From Gammaproteobacteria bacterium (GTDB lineage Bacteria > Pseudomonadota > Gammaproteobacteria > Steroidobacterales > Woeseiaceae), in contig JAOTZC010000006.1 in assembly GCA_029861535.1 (NCBI GenBank), forward strand, positions 877-64,876: a DNA stretch of 64,000 bases. The letters run 5' to 3'. Shown here one piece after another: positions 9,002 to 18,518 of the stretch (position 1 is the stretch's first letter; every line of letters starts with the position of its first letter). The position numbers and the translations under genes were made by a program. The notes under the pieces are model-generated. The model searched no databases and had not been told where the DNA came from. It saw nothing but the letters and a program-made list of their open reading frames with translations.

Positions 9002-10399
9002 ATGGGCACCCGGAATGCTGACAGAGTCGACTTCGACGAAGGGCTGATCCGCCGCTATGACGGGCGCGGGCCACGTTACACATCCTATCCAACCGCGCTG
9101 CAATTCAGCGCGAACCTCACTGCCGCTGAATATCGCAAGAACGCACTCGACAGCAATGCGAGCGACCTGCCGCTGTCGCTGTACGTCCACATCCCGTTTT
9201 GCCAGACACTTTGCTACTACTGCGGCTGCAATAAGATCGTAACGCGAAACCAGGTGCGCGTTGGCCGATATCTCGACGACCTGTATCGCGAAATTGACAT
9301 GCAGTCCGAACTCTTTTCGACAGACCGAAAAGTCGAGCAATTGCACTTTGGAGGCGGCACGCCAACCTACCTTAGCGATGAGCAACTGCGTGCGCTCATG
9401 GACAAACTGCGTGGCGCGTTCACGTTCGACGACAGCGATACGCACGAATTCTCAATAGAAGTCGATCCCCGCTCGGTGACCGATAAGTCGATCCATTCTC
9501 TCGCAGAACTTGGCTTCAATCGCCTAAGTTTGGGCATACAGGATTTCAACGCGGATGTGCAGAAGGCGGTCAACCGCATTCAGTCAGTCGACGAGGTGCA
9601 ACTGCTGGTTGAGACGTCCCGCCATACGGGCTTCAAATCCGTCTCATTCGACCTGATCTACGGCCTGCCGCATCAAACAGTTGCGAGCTTCGATACCACG
9701 CTGGACTCGGTCATCGAGATGCGGCCGGATCGGCTTGCGGTTTACAACTACGCACACCTGCCGGAGCGCTTCAAAGGGCAGCGCATGATTAATGCTGACG
9801 ACCTGCCGGCGCCCGAAACGAAACTCGACATTCTGCACCATACGATCGATCGACTCGATAGCGCAGGCTACGTCTACATCGGCATGGATCACTTCGCACT
9901 TCCCGAAGACGACTTGGTCAAGGCGCGACACGACCATACGCTGCATCGTAACTTCCAGGGTTACTCGACGCATCAACAGTGCGACTTAATCGGCCTTGGC
10001 GTCAGCTCGATCAGCAGCATCGGGCCGGTGTACGCGCAGAATGCAGTATCGACGATCGAATACGAGAAGATCATAGAAGGCGGCCAGCTACCGATTGCAA
10101 GAGGCATCGCCGTTGATGCCGATGACGCGCTTCGCGCTGCAACAATACAATCTCTGATGTGCTACGACGCGGTGTCTTTTGACGAATTCCGCGCGCAATA
10201 CGGTTTTGAGTTCGAAAGTTATTTCGCTGCGGAGCTTGGGCGACTCGAGCCGCTGGTCGTGGATGGCCTCGTCAGTGTTGACACAAGCGGCATTATGATC
10301 ACTGCTAAAGGCCGCCTGCTCCTGCGCAGCGTCGCGATGGTGTTCGATCGCTACATCAACGACGAACTGCACGACCAACGTTATTCGAAGGCGATCTGA
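9002..10399 (+). CDS. hemN: oxygen-independent coproporphyrinogen III oxidase (radical SAM)
   Basis: 465 aa. The N-terminus GRGPRYTSYPTA and the radical-SAM cluster motif HIPFCQTLCYYCGC match HemN, as does the length. Confidence 0.95.
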   Translation: MGTRNADRVDFDEGLIRRYDGRGPRYTSYPTALQFSANLTAAEYRKNALDSNASDLPLSLYVHIPFCQTLCYYCGCNKIVTRNQVRVGRYLDDLYREIDMQSELFSTDRKVEQLHFGGGTPTYLSDEQLRALMDKLRGAFTFDDSDTHEFSIEVDPRSVTDKSIHSLAELGFNRLSLGIQDFNADVQKAVNRIQSVDEVQLLVETSRHTGFKSVSFDLIYGLPHQTVASFDTTLDSVIEMRPDRLAVYNYAHLPERFKGQRMINADDLPAPETKLDILHHTIDRLDSAGYVYIGMDHFALPEDDLVKARHDHTLHRNFQGYSTHQQCDLIGLGVSSISSIGPVYAQNAVSTIEYEKIIEGGQLPIARGIAVDADDALRAATIQSLMCYDAVSFDEFRAQYGFEFESYFAAELGRLEPLVVDGLVSVDTSGIMITAKGRLLLRSVAMVFDRYINDELHDQRYSKAI

Positions 10400-10439
10400 C
10401 CGAGGTAGTACCGGCGCAAAAATTGATCCAGAATAGGCG

Positions 10440-12575
10440 ATGTTCCCGCCCGCGTTCGGAGCCCGCTTGAATTTCTTGGTCGAAAAGTTGCTGCTGCGAT
10501 TGTTTGCGAGTCCGCTGCTGGTCTTCTACGCCTTTTTGCCAACGGCATTGTTGGCGGCCGGCGACGTCACCGAAGACCGACTGAAAGCGAGTGTGGCCGA
10601 CGGCTCGGACTGGCTTGTCAAAGGAGGCAATGCCCGCGGCCAGCACTACAGTGTGTTGACGCAGGTAAACACGGCCAATGTTGCCGAGCTCGGGCTTGCC
10701 TGGGCGACCGATCTCCCTGCGCCAGACGGAATCGCAACAACGCCGATCATCGTAGATGGCGTTATTTATTTATCGGCAGCCTATTCGGTCGTGTACGCGA
10801 TTGACGCGAAGAGCGGCGACATCCTATGGAGCTTTGATCCGGACGTGCGGTCGCATTTCGCCGAGTCGCCAAGAACCTCGTGGACTGGCCGCGCGAGTCG
10901 GGGAATCGCCGTGTGGGGCGGTAAAGTCTTCGCAACGACAGCCGACTGCCGACTGCTCGCACTCAATGCGGAGACCGGCAAGTCAGTCTGGTCAAAAAAA
11001 ACCTGCGATCCCAACGTTGGCTACGCCATATCCGACTCGCCCTACGTCGGCGACAACAAGGTCTTTGTCGGCAACAACGGTTCTGAATCCGGCGAGAAAA
11101 ACCGCGGCTACGTATCCGCGTATGACGTCGTCAGCGGCAAATTGATCTGGCGCTTTTACACCGTCCCGAGCGACGACCCCGCCGAAAATACGACGCCCGC
11201 GATGAAAATGGCCGCCGCCACCTGGTCGGGTGACGCGCTCGCGAAATTCGGTGGTGGCGGAAACGCCTGGAACGAGATGACGTATGACCCGGAAACGGGC
11301 CTGTTGTTCTTCGGCACCGCCGGTGCGCTGCCGTACGTGCACGCATTGCGCAGCCCGAAAGGCGGCGACAATCTGTTTTTGTCATCGATACTGGCGCTCA
11401 AGGCAGAAACCGGCGAATACGTCTGGCACTACCAGACCGTCCCGAAGGACAACTGGGATTACAACGCGACGATGAACATCGCACTGGCCGAGTTTGAAAT
11501 CGGTGGCAACGTGCGCAAGACCCTGCTTATCGCACCGAAGAACGGCTTTCATTACGTTCTGGATCGATTGACCGGAGAGCTGCTGGCTGCCGACAAATTT
11601 GCACGCGTGAACTGGGCCTCGCACATCAATCTCGAGACCGGGCGGCCTGTATACACGCCGGAGGCCGAGTACTGGACGCGGGACGCGGATCCGGTTGTCG
11701 CGGTCTGGCCCAATTTGTGGGGTGCACATAACTGGCACCCGATGGCCTGGCATCCCGAGCACAAGCTTACCTACATACCCGTCATTGACGTGCCGAGCAT
11801 GGTTAGCCATTACGAAGACGGCGATTTTTCCGACACGCTCGAAGTCATCACCGTGGTGGACGATAGACCATTCAGTCCTGGCAAACTGGTCGCCTTCGAC
11901 CCGCTGGCCGGCGAGCCGCGCTGGACTGTTGAGCATGAGTTTCCGTTTAATGGCGGCGTCATGACTACGGCGGGCAACCTGGTATTTCAGGGCGATGCGA
12001 AAGGCCGATTCACAGCCTATGCCGCCGACTCTGGTGATGTGCTTTGGTCGGTAACGACCGGTTCATCGATTTCGGCTGCGCCCGCCACGTACTCGATCGA
12101 CGGCGAGCAGTTTATTGTGATCCCGATCGGCTCCGGCGGAGGGCTGCAGTTCGTGTACCCCGAAATGCATTCGGCCAACGATTCCAGAGGACCGACGCGC
12201 CTGCTTGCGTTTCGTCTTGAAGGCGATGCCGCGCTACCCATTGCAACAATCATCTCGCGGCAGTTGCCCGAACAGCCAGAGCTTGACGCGACGCCGGAAA
12301 CGATCAACTTAGGCAAGCGATTCTACGATTGGAAGTGCGGTAGCTGCCACGGCAAGGGGGCTGCGGTCCGTTTCGGCGGATCGGTACCTGATTTGCGCTA
12401 TGCGAACGCCGATACGCATGCGAGCTGGCACGCCATTGTCATTGGCGGTTCGAAACGCGGTAACGGCATGCCGGCGATCGAGATCAGCGTCGACGAATCG
12501 GAGGCCGTCCGCGCGTATGTCATATCACGCGCGATGGAAATTCGACAAGCTGGCGATGAGAAAAGCGTCGATTAG
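10440..12575 (+). CDS. PQQ-dependent quinohemoprotein dehydrogenase (alcohol dehydrogenase type II-like)
   Basis: 711 aa with a hydrophobic signal region and PQQ beta-propeller sequence pattern (AxDAKSGDILW, ALNAETGKSVW). The C-terminal cytochrome c domain has a CGSCHG heme site. The exact start is uncertain. Confidence 0.9.
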   Translation: MFPPAFGARLNFLVEKLLLRLFASPLLVFYAFLPTALLAAGDVTEDRLKASVADGSDWLVKGGNARGQHYSVLTQVNTANVAELGLAWATDLPAPDGIATTPIIVDGVIYLSAAYSVVYAIDAKSGDILWSFDPDVRSHFAESPRTSWTGRASRGIAVWGGKVFATTADCRLLALNAETGKSVWSKKTCDPNVGYAISDSPYVGDNKVFVGNNGSESGEKNRGYVSAYDVVSGKLIWRFYTVPSDDPAENTTPAMKMAAATWSGDALAKFGGGGNAWNEMTYDPETGLLFFGTAGALPYVHALRSPKGGDNLFLSSILALKAETGEYVWHYQTVPKDNWDYNATMNIALAEFEIGGNVRKTLLIAPKNGFHYVLDRLTGELLAADKFARVNWASHINLETGRPVYTPEAEYWTRDADPVVAVWPNLWGAHNWHPMAWHPEHKLTYIPVIDVPSMVSHYEDGDFSDTLEVITVVDDRPFSPGKLVAFDPLAGEPRWTVEHEFPFNGGVMTTAGNLVFQGDAKGRFTAYAADSGDVLWSVTTGSSISAAPATYSIDGEQFIVIPIGSGGGLQFVYPEMHSANDSRGPTRLLAFRLEGDAALPIATIISRQLPEQPELDATPETINLGKRFYDWKCGSCHGKGAAVRFGGSVPDLRYANADTHASWHAIVIGGSKRGNGMPAIEISVDESEAVRAYVISRAMEIRQAGDEKSVD

Positions 12576-12649
12576 GGCAATCTGCAAATCGCTTCGGTGG
12601 CCACCAAGAACAATGAGTTTCAAAACAGTTCATAAAAACGGTAATAACA

Positions 12650-13906
12650 ATGGCAAGAGTTTTCTTAGCAGTTTTGCAAGTATTCATCGTGTCGACAACG
12701 ATTGCAGATGATATGCCGATGACGGCGCGCGAACACGGGCTAATGCTCGGGTCGCCTCCGGCTGCCGGCAAACTGGTGACGATCGAGAACTTCCTGCAGC
12801 CGCCGTACAACCGCTGGTCACTGCGACATTTGCGTGAAGTCGTGCCAACTCGTAACGTCGCGGTCGGCGAATCCGTCGCAGCCCTCGGCAACCGACCGAT
12901 TGAGCTGTCCGCGCTGCAAGTTTCGTTCCCCGACGGACGCACTACTGCCGTTGGCGATTGGCTCGAAGCGGCATATACGGACGGCTTCATCGTGCTGCAC
13001 CAGGGCGACGTCGTTTACGAGCGATATTTAAACGATCACACCGCCACCACGCAGCATCTGATGTTCTCGGTTACGAAGTCATTCACCGGCACAATACTTC
13101 TGATGTTAATGGAACAAGGGCGCGTAGACGCGGACAAACTGGTCGCAGAATACATTCCCGAACTTGAAAAATCGGCGTTTGGCAATGCAACGGTGCAACA
13201 CATGCTCGATATGACCAACTCGATTCACTATATCGAGGACTACTACAATCCCGACGCGCATATCACCGGCTTCTTGGATTCCATGTTGCCTGGCGGCGAG
13301 GGCTTGTACGCAAACCTGCAAACATTGACCGAACACCATGAGAAATTTTCGCATGGCGACGCGTTTCACTACGTTACACCGGACCCGGAAGTGCTGGGTT
13401 GGATCATTCGACGGATAACCGGCGGTAATCTCGCAGATGCGTTACACGAAATGATCTGGGCGCCGCTCGGGGCCGAGCACGAAGGCTATTTCTGGCTCGA
13501 TTTTCACGGCGTAGAGATGGCAGGTGGCGGACTGGCGATCACGCTACGGGATGCGGCGCGTTTCGGCCAGATGATATTACAGGATGGTTATTACAACGAC
13601 CGGCAAGTGATCTCCGAGGAAATCGCGCAACGCATAAAAACCAAGCGTAATGCCGATAAGTTCAATCGCTATTACAACGATCCCTGGTTTGAACTGGTCG
13701 CCGACTCCTACCACGATCAATGGTGGGGTTACACAGGCGTAGACGCGGTCGCCGCACTGGGCATCCACGGCCAGTTCATTTATGTCAATTCGGACGCGGA
13801 CGTCGTCATTGCTAAGCATTCGTCCGATCCGGATGCGGAAAGCGAGCGCGTGGATTCGGAAACGGCTTTCATCATGCACGCGATAGCGGACTACGTTTCC
13901 AAATAA
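12650..13906 (+). CDS. serine hydrolase (beta-lactamase / esterase class C-related family)
   Basis: 418 aa with a signal peptide and the SxxK nucleophile motif in MFSVTKSFTG. Confidence 0.85.
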   Translation: MARVFLAVLQVFIVSTTIADDMPMTAREHGLMLGSPPAAGKLVTIENFLQPPYNRWSLRHLREVVPTRNVAVGESVAALGNRPIELSALQVSFPDGRTTAVGDWLEAAYTDGFIVLHQGDVVYERYLNDHTATTQHLMFSVTKSFTGTILLMLMEQGRVDADKLVAEYIPELEKSAFGNATVQHMLDMTNSIHYIEDYYNPDAHITGFLDSMLPGGEGLYANLQTLTEHHEKFSHGDAFHYVTPDPEVLGWIIRRITGGNLADALHEMIWAPLGAEHEGYFWLDFHGVEMAGGGLAITLRDAARFGQMILQDGYYNDRQVISEEIAQRIKTKRNADKFNRYYNDPWFELVADSYHDQWWGYTGVDAVAALGIHGQFIYVNSDADVVIAKHSSDPDAESERVDSETAFIMHAIADYVSK

Positions 13907-13913
13907 TCGAAAA

Positions 13914-13975
13914 GGGGACATTCTGCATTTATGGATTTAACGCGTTCACTAAATCGATAAATGCAGAATGTCCCC
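13914..13975. repeat. extragenic palindromic element, copy 1 (GGGGACATTCT...AGAATGTCCCC family); likely bidirectional terminator
   Basis: Perfect 19-bp arms: GGGGACATTCTGCATTTAT (13914-13932) and ATAAATGCAGAATGTCCCC (13957-13975). The 24-nt spacer contains a further GATTTA/TAAATC pairing. It lies between convergent genes, with TTTTCG on the minus-strand exit side. Confidence 0.85.
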
Positions 13976-13985
13976 ATTTCCCGAG

Positions 13986-14591
13986 TCAGGCGGACGCTGA
14001 TTGCCGACTCCGTTGACGATTTCCCAGCTTGGCGAGTTGCTCGGGCGGAATGTAATCAAAAATGAACGTTATCCGATCTTCCGCGCCCTTGTTCATGACG
14101 CTGTGATTCTTCTGATTGTTGATTTCATACGCCTTGCCCACCTTTAGCTGATGAGGCCGGCCATCGATCATAAAGCGCACTCTGGGATTCGTCGTTATTG
14201 GCACGTGAATGCGGTGACCACAATGAAACGATGGGTGCGTATCGATATGCGGCCTGATCTTGCCGCCTGCCAAAAGTTTTGCCGCCATCGCACGGACAAT
14301 GGTGCCGCCTTTCGGGTAATGCCGGTCGATGATGTCATGCATGACCGGAATGGCCACGTCGGCGAGTCGGTCCCAGCCCGGCTCTTTCATGATCTCTATT
14401 TCAGGCCAGGACTCGAGGTTAACGAATACCAGCACCATGGACTGCGTTTCCTTATGCACGTCGAAAACCTGCTGACGGTACTGGTCTTCGTGCCAGGCTT
14501 TGTCGTCCTGGGCGAGAATCGCATCGGTCAGCGCACCGATGTCGACGTTCCCAAGATCGCGTAAAAGGGTATCGATTTCCATCGCGGACAA
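13986..14591 (-). CDS. aspartyl/asparaginyl beta-hydroxylase family protein (2OG-Fe(II) oxygenase)
   Basis: 201 aa. The C-terminal core is IRPHIDTHPSFHCGHRIHVPITTNPRVRF...YEINNQKNHSVMN, the H-x-D...H pattern of the Asp/Asn beta-hydroxylase family. Confidence 0.85.
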   Translation of the reverse strand: MSAMEIDTLLRDLGNVDIGALTDAILAQDDKAWHEDQYRQQVFDVHKETQSMVLVFVNLESWPEIEIMKEPGWDRLADVAIPVMHDIIDRHYPKGGTIVRAMAAKLLAGGKIRPHIDTHPSFHCGHRIHVPITTNPRVRFMIDGRPHQLKVGKAYEINNQKNHSVMNKGAEDRITFIFDYIPPEQLAKLGNRQRSRQSASA

Positions 14592-14673
14592 GAGCCTTAC
14601 GAAAAAATTTTACCGGTGAGGATTGCTCACGTCCTCGGCGAGAATAGATGCCCCAAGTTCGAAATCAACGACT

Positions 14674-17250
14674 TTACTTGAAGAGTCGTCGATAGTTGAT
14701 GCCGAACGTACGTGGTCGATTGACGCTGAGTCTTGTTTGCGCCCATCGGTCGTTGTAGAACTGCTCCGCATATTCGTCAGTGGCGTTATTGACAAACAAG
14801 GTTGCGCTCCAGGTCTCAGCGTCCAAGCCGAAACGCAGATTGACGAGCGTATAGGCATCCTGATCTCGGACCGGCTGGTTGAACTCGACCGACTGTATGC
14901 CTGACAAAGAACTGACCGAGTCCCCGGTATGTTGAATGCCAAGGCTAACGGACGGCTCCGCGCCCCATATTCTGTTGTCGAAATATCGATCAACGTTGAG
15001 GCTGGCCTTCATATCAGGCGTCAGCGGCAGTCGCGTGCCTTTCTCCGCCGTTCTATCCACAGGCGCGCCTGCTACGGTCAAAGTACCGCTCTTGGAAAGC
15101 TCCGCATCATTGAAGCCCAGGTTTGCCGTGACGTTCCAGCCATCCGCGGGTATCCAGTTCAGGAATGCCTCCACGCCATCGATCTCGGCTTCGGGGAAAT
15201 TCAGGATGCCAAGCGTAAACAGGTTTGGCGTCGGGTCTTCGGCTTCGATCTGAATGTCATCCCAAATCATGCGATACGCCGTAACGTTGAACTGTACGCG
15301 TCCATCGGCTAATGTCGTCTTCATACCGATTTCGAAGTTCTGAACGAGATCGGAATCAAACTCGTTAAACGGCGCCCGTCCAAAAATTGACCTTGGCTTC
15401 GCCGCATTAGCCCCGCCACGACGAAATCCTTCCGAATAAGTGCCGTAGACCATCCGATTATCATCAAAAGCGTAGGTCAACGTTACTTTCGGCACAAAAC
15501 CGTCCTCACTCGACGATGACAGCGTGTCCTGATAGCAATGATCTGCGATAACGTAATCCGTCCCGTTGAGAAAAGTACCGGTCCCGCTTATAACTGAGCA
15601 ATTCGACTCGGGTCCCAATGTTCGGTAATCGGAAAGTCCACCGAGCAATGTCGACTGCTGCAGACGCCGGTCGATGTCGACATCAAACCAGCGACCACCG
15701 GCCGTGATGCTGAAATTATCCGTGATATCGAAAGTGGCCTCGCCGAACAGAGCGACCTGCTTCAGCGTGTTGTCGTAGACGCCGGTCCACCAGTTATTAG
15801 ACGGCGCCACCGGATAGGTGCAATCATTTGTATAGGTCGGCCCGGTGCCGCAATTGTAGTAAAAGGCGACGTAGTTCAGATAGCAATGGGCGCCGCACTC
15901 GTAGAGTATGCCGTTGGCATAATAAGCCCCCGCTTGATCCAGGTCTTCGACATTCGAGGCGAAATGCGCGTGGTTTTCTACCTTGTTATAAAACACACCA
16001 ATGATTCCTGACCAGCGACTATCGGAATCGCTCGGCGTTGCGACACGTAGTTCGACACTGGTGCGATCCGTATCACCAAGACTGAACACTTGTGCGCGCG
16101 GATCCTGATTGAAGAAGTCATAGATAGCATAGTATGGAACATTGCCGTCATTGAATTTGTTCGGGTAACGTTCCTGCCAACCGCCGAGATAGGTCGTCGC
16201 ATCGGCCCGGAAAAAATATTCGCGATTCATGAAAGAACTTGCGAGCACGACGTCTGCTCCGCCAAGGCTTCCTTCGAGTGTTAGCGCGAGCTGATACCAC
16301 TCGTCCTCGAAGTCTTCCTGCTCGTAGCGCATCTGTTCCCATTCGCCGAGACTGCGCCCGTCCAGGAAACTCTCGGGCAAATCTGTGTCGCCGAAGCCAT
16401 CTTCCTCGAGTTTCTGGTAAATGGCGCCAAAATCGACGGTCCACTCTTCGGTCGGGAGCCAGCGAAGATTGCCTCGGACGCCCTTGGTTGTTGATGAATT
16501 GACGTCGTCCTCAACAAACTCGGCGTTGTCGAAGGTACTAACGCCGCCAACAGGAAATAGCGGGCCCGTCGGACTCCCGCCGAGGACGTTGTCGATGTAG
16601 CCGGCCTCATCGGCATAGAATCCAACGAGACGTATCGCCGCTTTGTCGTCGGCGAGCGGGATGTTGACCATTGCACTGACGTCATAGCCAACGTCACCGT
16701 GCGCCACGCTGGACGCACCAAGGTCGACCCAGCCTTCGAACTCCGTCGTGTCCGGCTTGTTGGTGATGATACGCAGCGTCCCGCATTGCGAAGCGTCGCC
16801 GAATAACGAGCCCTGTGGTCCACTTAACGCTTCGACGCGTTCTATGTCGATCAAACGGGGATCGGGGTTAAATCCGGCAACCGTGATTGGCTGTTCGTCC
16901 AAATAAACGGCGGTCGTTGGGTTATCACTAAAGGCGATGCCAGACACCGCGCAGCCACGCATGATTACATTCGAGCCACCCGGATGCCGGGTGCCGAATG
17001 ATAGCGCGGGTATCCGTCCTGCATAATCATCAAGCTGCTTGAAACCTTCGCGGACGATATCGTCATCGCTGAAGGCCGCAATCGACATTGGTACATCTTG
17101 AATACTGGTCGCACGCTTCGTGGCCGTAACGACGATCTCTTCGATCCCCAATTCCTGTGCCTGTGCAACAGGAACGGCCGCGCAGGCGGCCGAAACGGCG
17201 ACGGCGAGTGAACTTTTGGAAAACTGCTGCGGTGCGTGCTCGTCAGACAT
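14674..17250 (-). CDS. TonB-dependent receptor
   Basis: 858 aa with a signal peptide, a plug-domain start EEIVVTATKRATSIQDVPMSIAAF and a long beta-barrel ending ...RTFGINYRRLFK. Confidence 0.95.
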   Translation of the reverse strand: MSDEHAPQQFSKSSLAVAVSAACAAVPVAQAQELGIEEIVVTATKRATSIQDVPMSIAAFSDDDIVREGFKQLDDYAGRIPALSFGTRHPGGSNVIMRGCAVSGIAFSDNPTTAVYLDEQPITVAGFNPDPRLIDIERVEALSGPQGSLFGDASQCGTLRIITNKPDTTEFEGWVDLGASSVAHGDVGYDVSAMVNIPLADDKAAIRLVGFYADEAGYIDNVLGGSPTGPLFPVGGVSTFDNAEFVEDDVNSSTTKGVRGNLRWLPTEEWTVDFGAIYQKLEEDGFGDTDLPESFLDGRSLGEWEQMRYEQEDFEDEWYQLALTLEGSLGGADVVLASSFMNREYFFRADATTYLGGWQERYPNKFNDGNVPYYAIYDFFNQDPRAQVFSLGDTDRTSVELRVATPSDSDSRWSGIIGVFYNKVENHAHFASNVEDLDQAGAYYANGILYECGAHCYLNYVAFYYNCGTGPTYTNDCTYPVAPSNNWWTGVYDNTLKQVALFGEATFDITDNFSITAGGRWFDVDIDRRLQQSTLLGGLSDYRTLGPESNCSVISGTGTFLNGTDYVIADHCYQDTLSSSSEDGFVPKVTLTYAFDDNRMVYGTYSEGFRRGGANAAKPRSIFGRAPFNEFDSDLVQNFEIGMKTTLADGRVQFNVTAYRMIWDDIQIEAEDPTPNLFTLGILNFPEAEIDGVEAFLNWIPADGWNVTANLGFNDAELSKSGTLTVAGAPVDRTAEKGTRLPLTPDMKASLNVDRYFDNRIWGAEPSVSLGIQHTGDSVSSLSGIQSVEFNQPVRDQDAYTLVNLRFGLDAETWSATLFVNNATDEYAEQFYNDRWAQTRLSVNRPRTFGINYRRLFK

Positions 17251-17535
17251 TCTTGTCCCCCATTAACAGAAATATCTCGTGCTGGCGAATCGGTTTTTGA
17301 CCCAGCCCCCGATACCGATTACGCCTGATCGTACCTCAGTGTGCAGCGCCGATCCACGCCATCGGCAAGTTATGTCGGCGACTCGCTACCTACGCCCGAC
17401 AGCATTGATGCATCAGCCGGGGGTAACGAAGGTAATGTATAGTATTCATAATGTTAGCTTTGTTCGTCTCGACCCTCGTCAATTAATGTTGATTTCACAA
17501 TATGAACCCTTCCGGCGCTCTGCGTCACGCGAACT

Positions 17536-18459
17536 GTGACCAAACTGGTCGCAACATCGGTTGTTCGCGGCAGTCGCCAGGGCGAGAGCCATGGCGGCAT
17601 CTATCTCATCGATCTCGACCGGCAGCGGGTAGCACAGCCCGTTGACTGGAATACGGCCAATATCGACTGGCAAGGGCGTGGCTGGGATCGCGGCTTGCGC
17701 GGTATCGCGATCGACACGGACAAAGTGTATATCGCCGCGAGTGACGAACTGTTCGTATACAGCCCGGAGTTTAAACAGATCGGGTCTTTTCGGTCGCCGT
17801 ACCTGAAGCACTGCCATGAAATTCACTGTTACAAGCGCCGGCTCTACGTTACCTCAACCGGTCACGATGCCGTACTAGGTTTTGACCTGGACGAACAGAG
17901 GTTTTCCTGGGGCCTGCACATCACTAAAACCGTCGACGGGTTTCAGGCGACACCGTTTTTGCCGAGTGGAACTGATGGACCGCCGCTACGCAATGACCTG
18001 CACATAAATAATGTCCATTGCACACGCCACGGCATGTTTATTAGCGGCCTCAGGACCGGCGGTCTCCTGCGTTACACGGGTAGTCAAATCAATATGGTCA
18101 GCCCGTTACCAGCCGGCGCGCATAATGCGCGACCATTTAGAGACGGCGTCCTGTTCAATGATACGGAGTCCGATATCGTGCGCTTCGTGTCTCCGGATAA
18201 ACAGCGCATGTTCCACGTGCCGCGCTACGAGGATAAGCTATTGACGCACACCGATCTCGACGATTCGCGCATTGCGCGGCAGGCGTTCGCTAGGGGACTA
18301 TGCACGATTGATGACAGCCTGGTGGCCGCAGGCTCGTCGCCATCTACCGTGACGTTGCATGACCTGGAATCGATGAAGACGACACTGAGTATTAACCTGA
18401 CACTGGATATCCGTAACGCAATACACGGGCTGGAAGTCTGGCCATTCGATACCACCTGA
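17536..18459 (+). CDS. hypothetical protein (possibly TIGR03032/DUF4915-like beta-propeller; unverified)
   Basis: 307-aa ORF with a GTG start and coherent coding frame, and no signal peptide. The segment AHNARPFRDGVLFNDTESD resembles, from memory only, a PHSPRW.DG.LW.LNSG motif of that family. Confidence 0.65.
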   Translation: MTKLVATSVVRGSRQGESHGGIYLIDLDRQRVAQPVDWNTANIDWQGRGWDRGLRGIAIDTDKVYIAASDELFVYSPEFKQIGSFRSPYLKHCHEIHCYKRRLYVTSTGHDAVLGFDLDEQRFSWGLHITKTVDGFQATPFLPSGTDGPPLRNDLHINNVHCTRHGMFISGLRTGGLLRYTGSQINMVSPLPAGAHNARPFRDGVLFNDTESDIVRFVSPDKQRMFHVPRYEDKLLTHTDLDDSRIARQAFARGLCTIDDSLVAAGSSPSTVTLHDLESMKTTLSINLTLDIRNAIHGLEVWPFDTT

Positions 18460-18509
18460 GGGGACATTCTACTTTTAGCGGATCAATCCGCTAAAAGTAG
18501 AATGTCCCC
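18460..18509. repeat. extragenic palindromic element, copy 2 (same family as 13914-13975)
   Basis: Perfect 23-24-bp arms: GGGGACATTCTACTTTTAGCGGA(T) and (A)TCCGCTAAAAGTAGAATGTCCCC, with a 2-4-nt loop. It starts 1 nt after the TGA of the 307-aa gene and ends 9 nt before the stop of the convergent sulfotransferase gene. 16 of its first 18 nt match copy 1. Confidence 0.85.
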
Positions 18510-18518
18510 TTTAACTTG

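Noticed and set aside
17251-17330. Fur boxes upstream of the two TonB-dependent receptor genes (also 43126-43315).
   Set aside because: No 19-bp GATAATGATAATCATTATC-like sequence was recognisable by eye in either upstream region.
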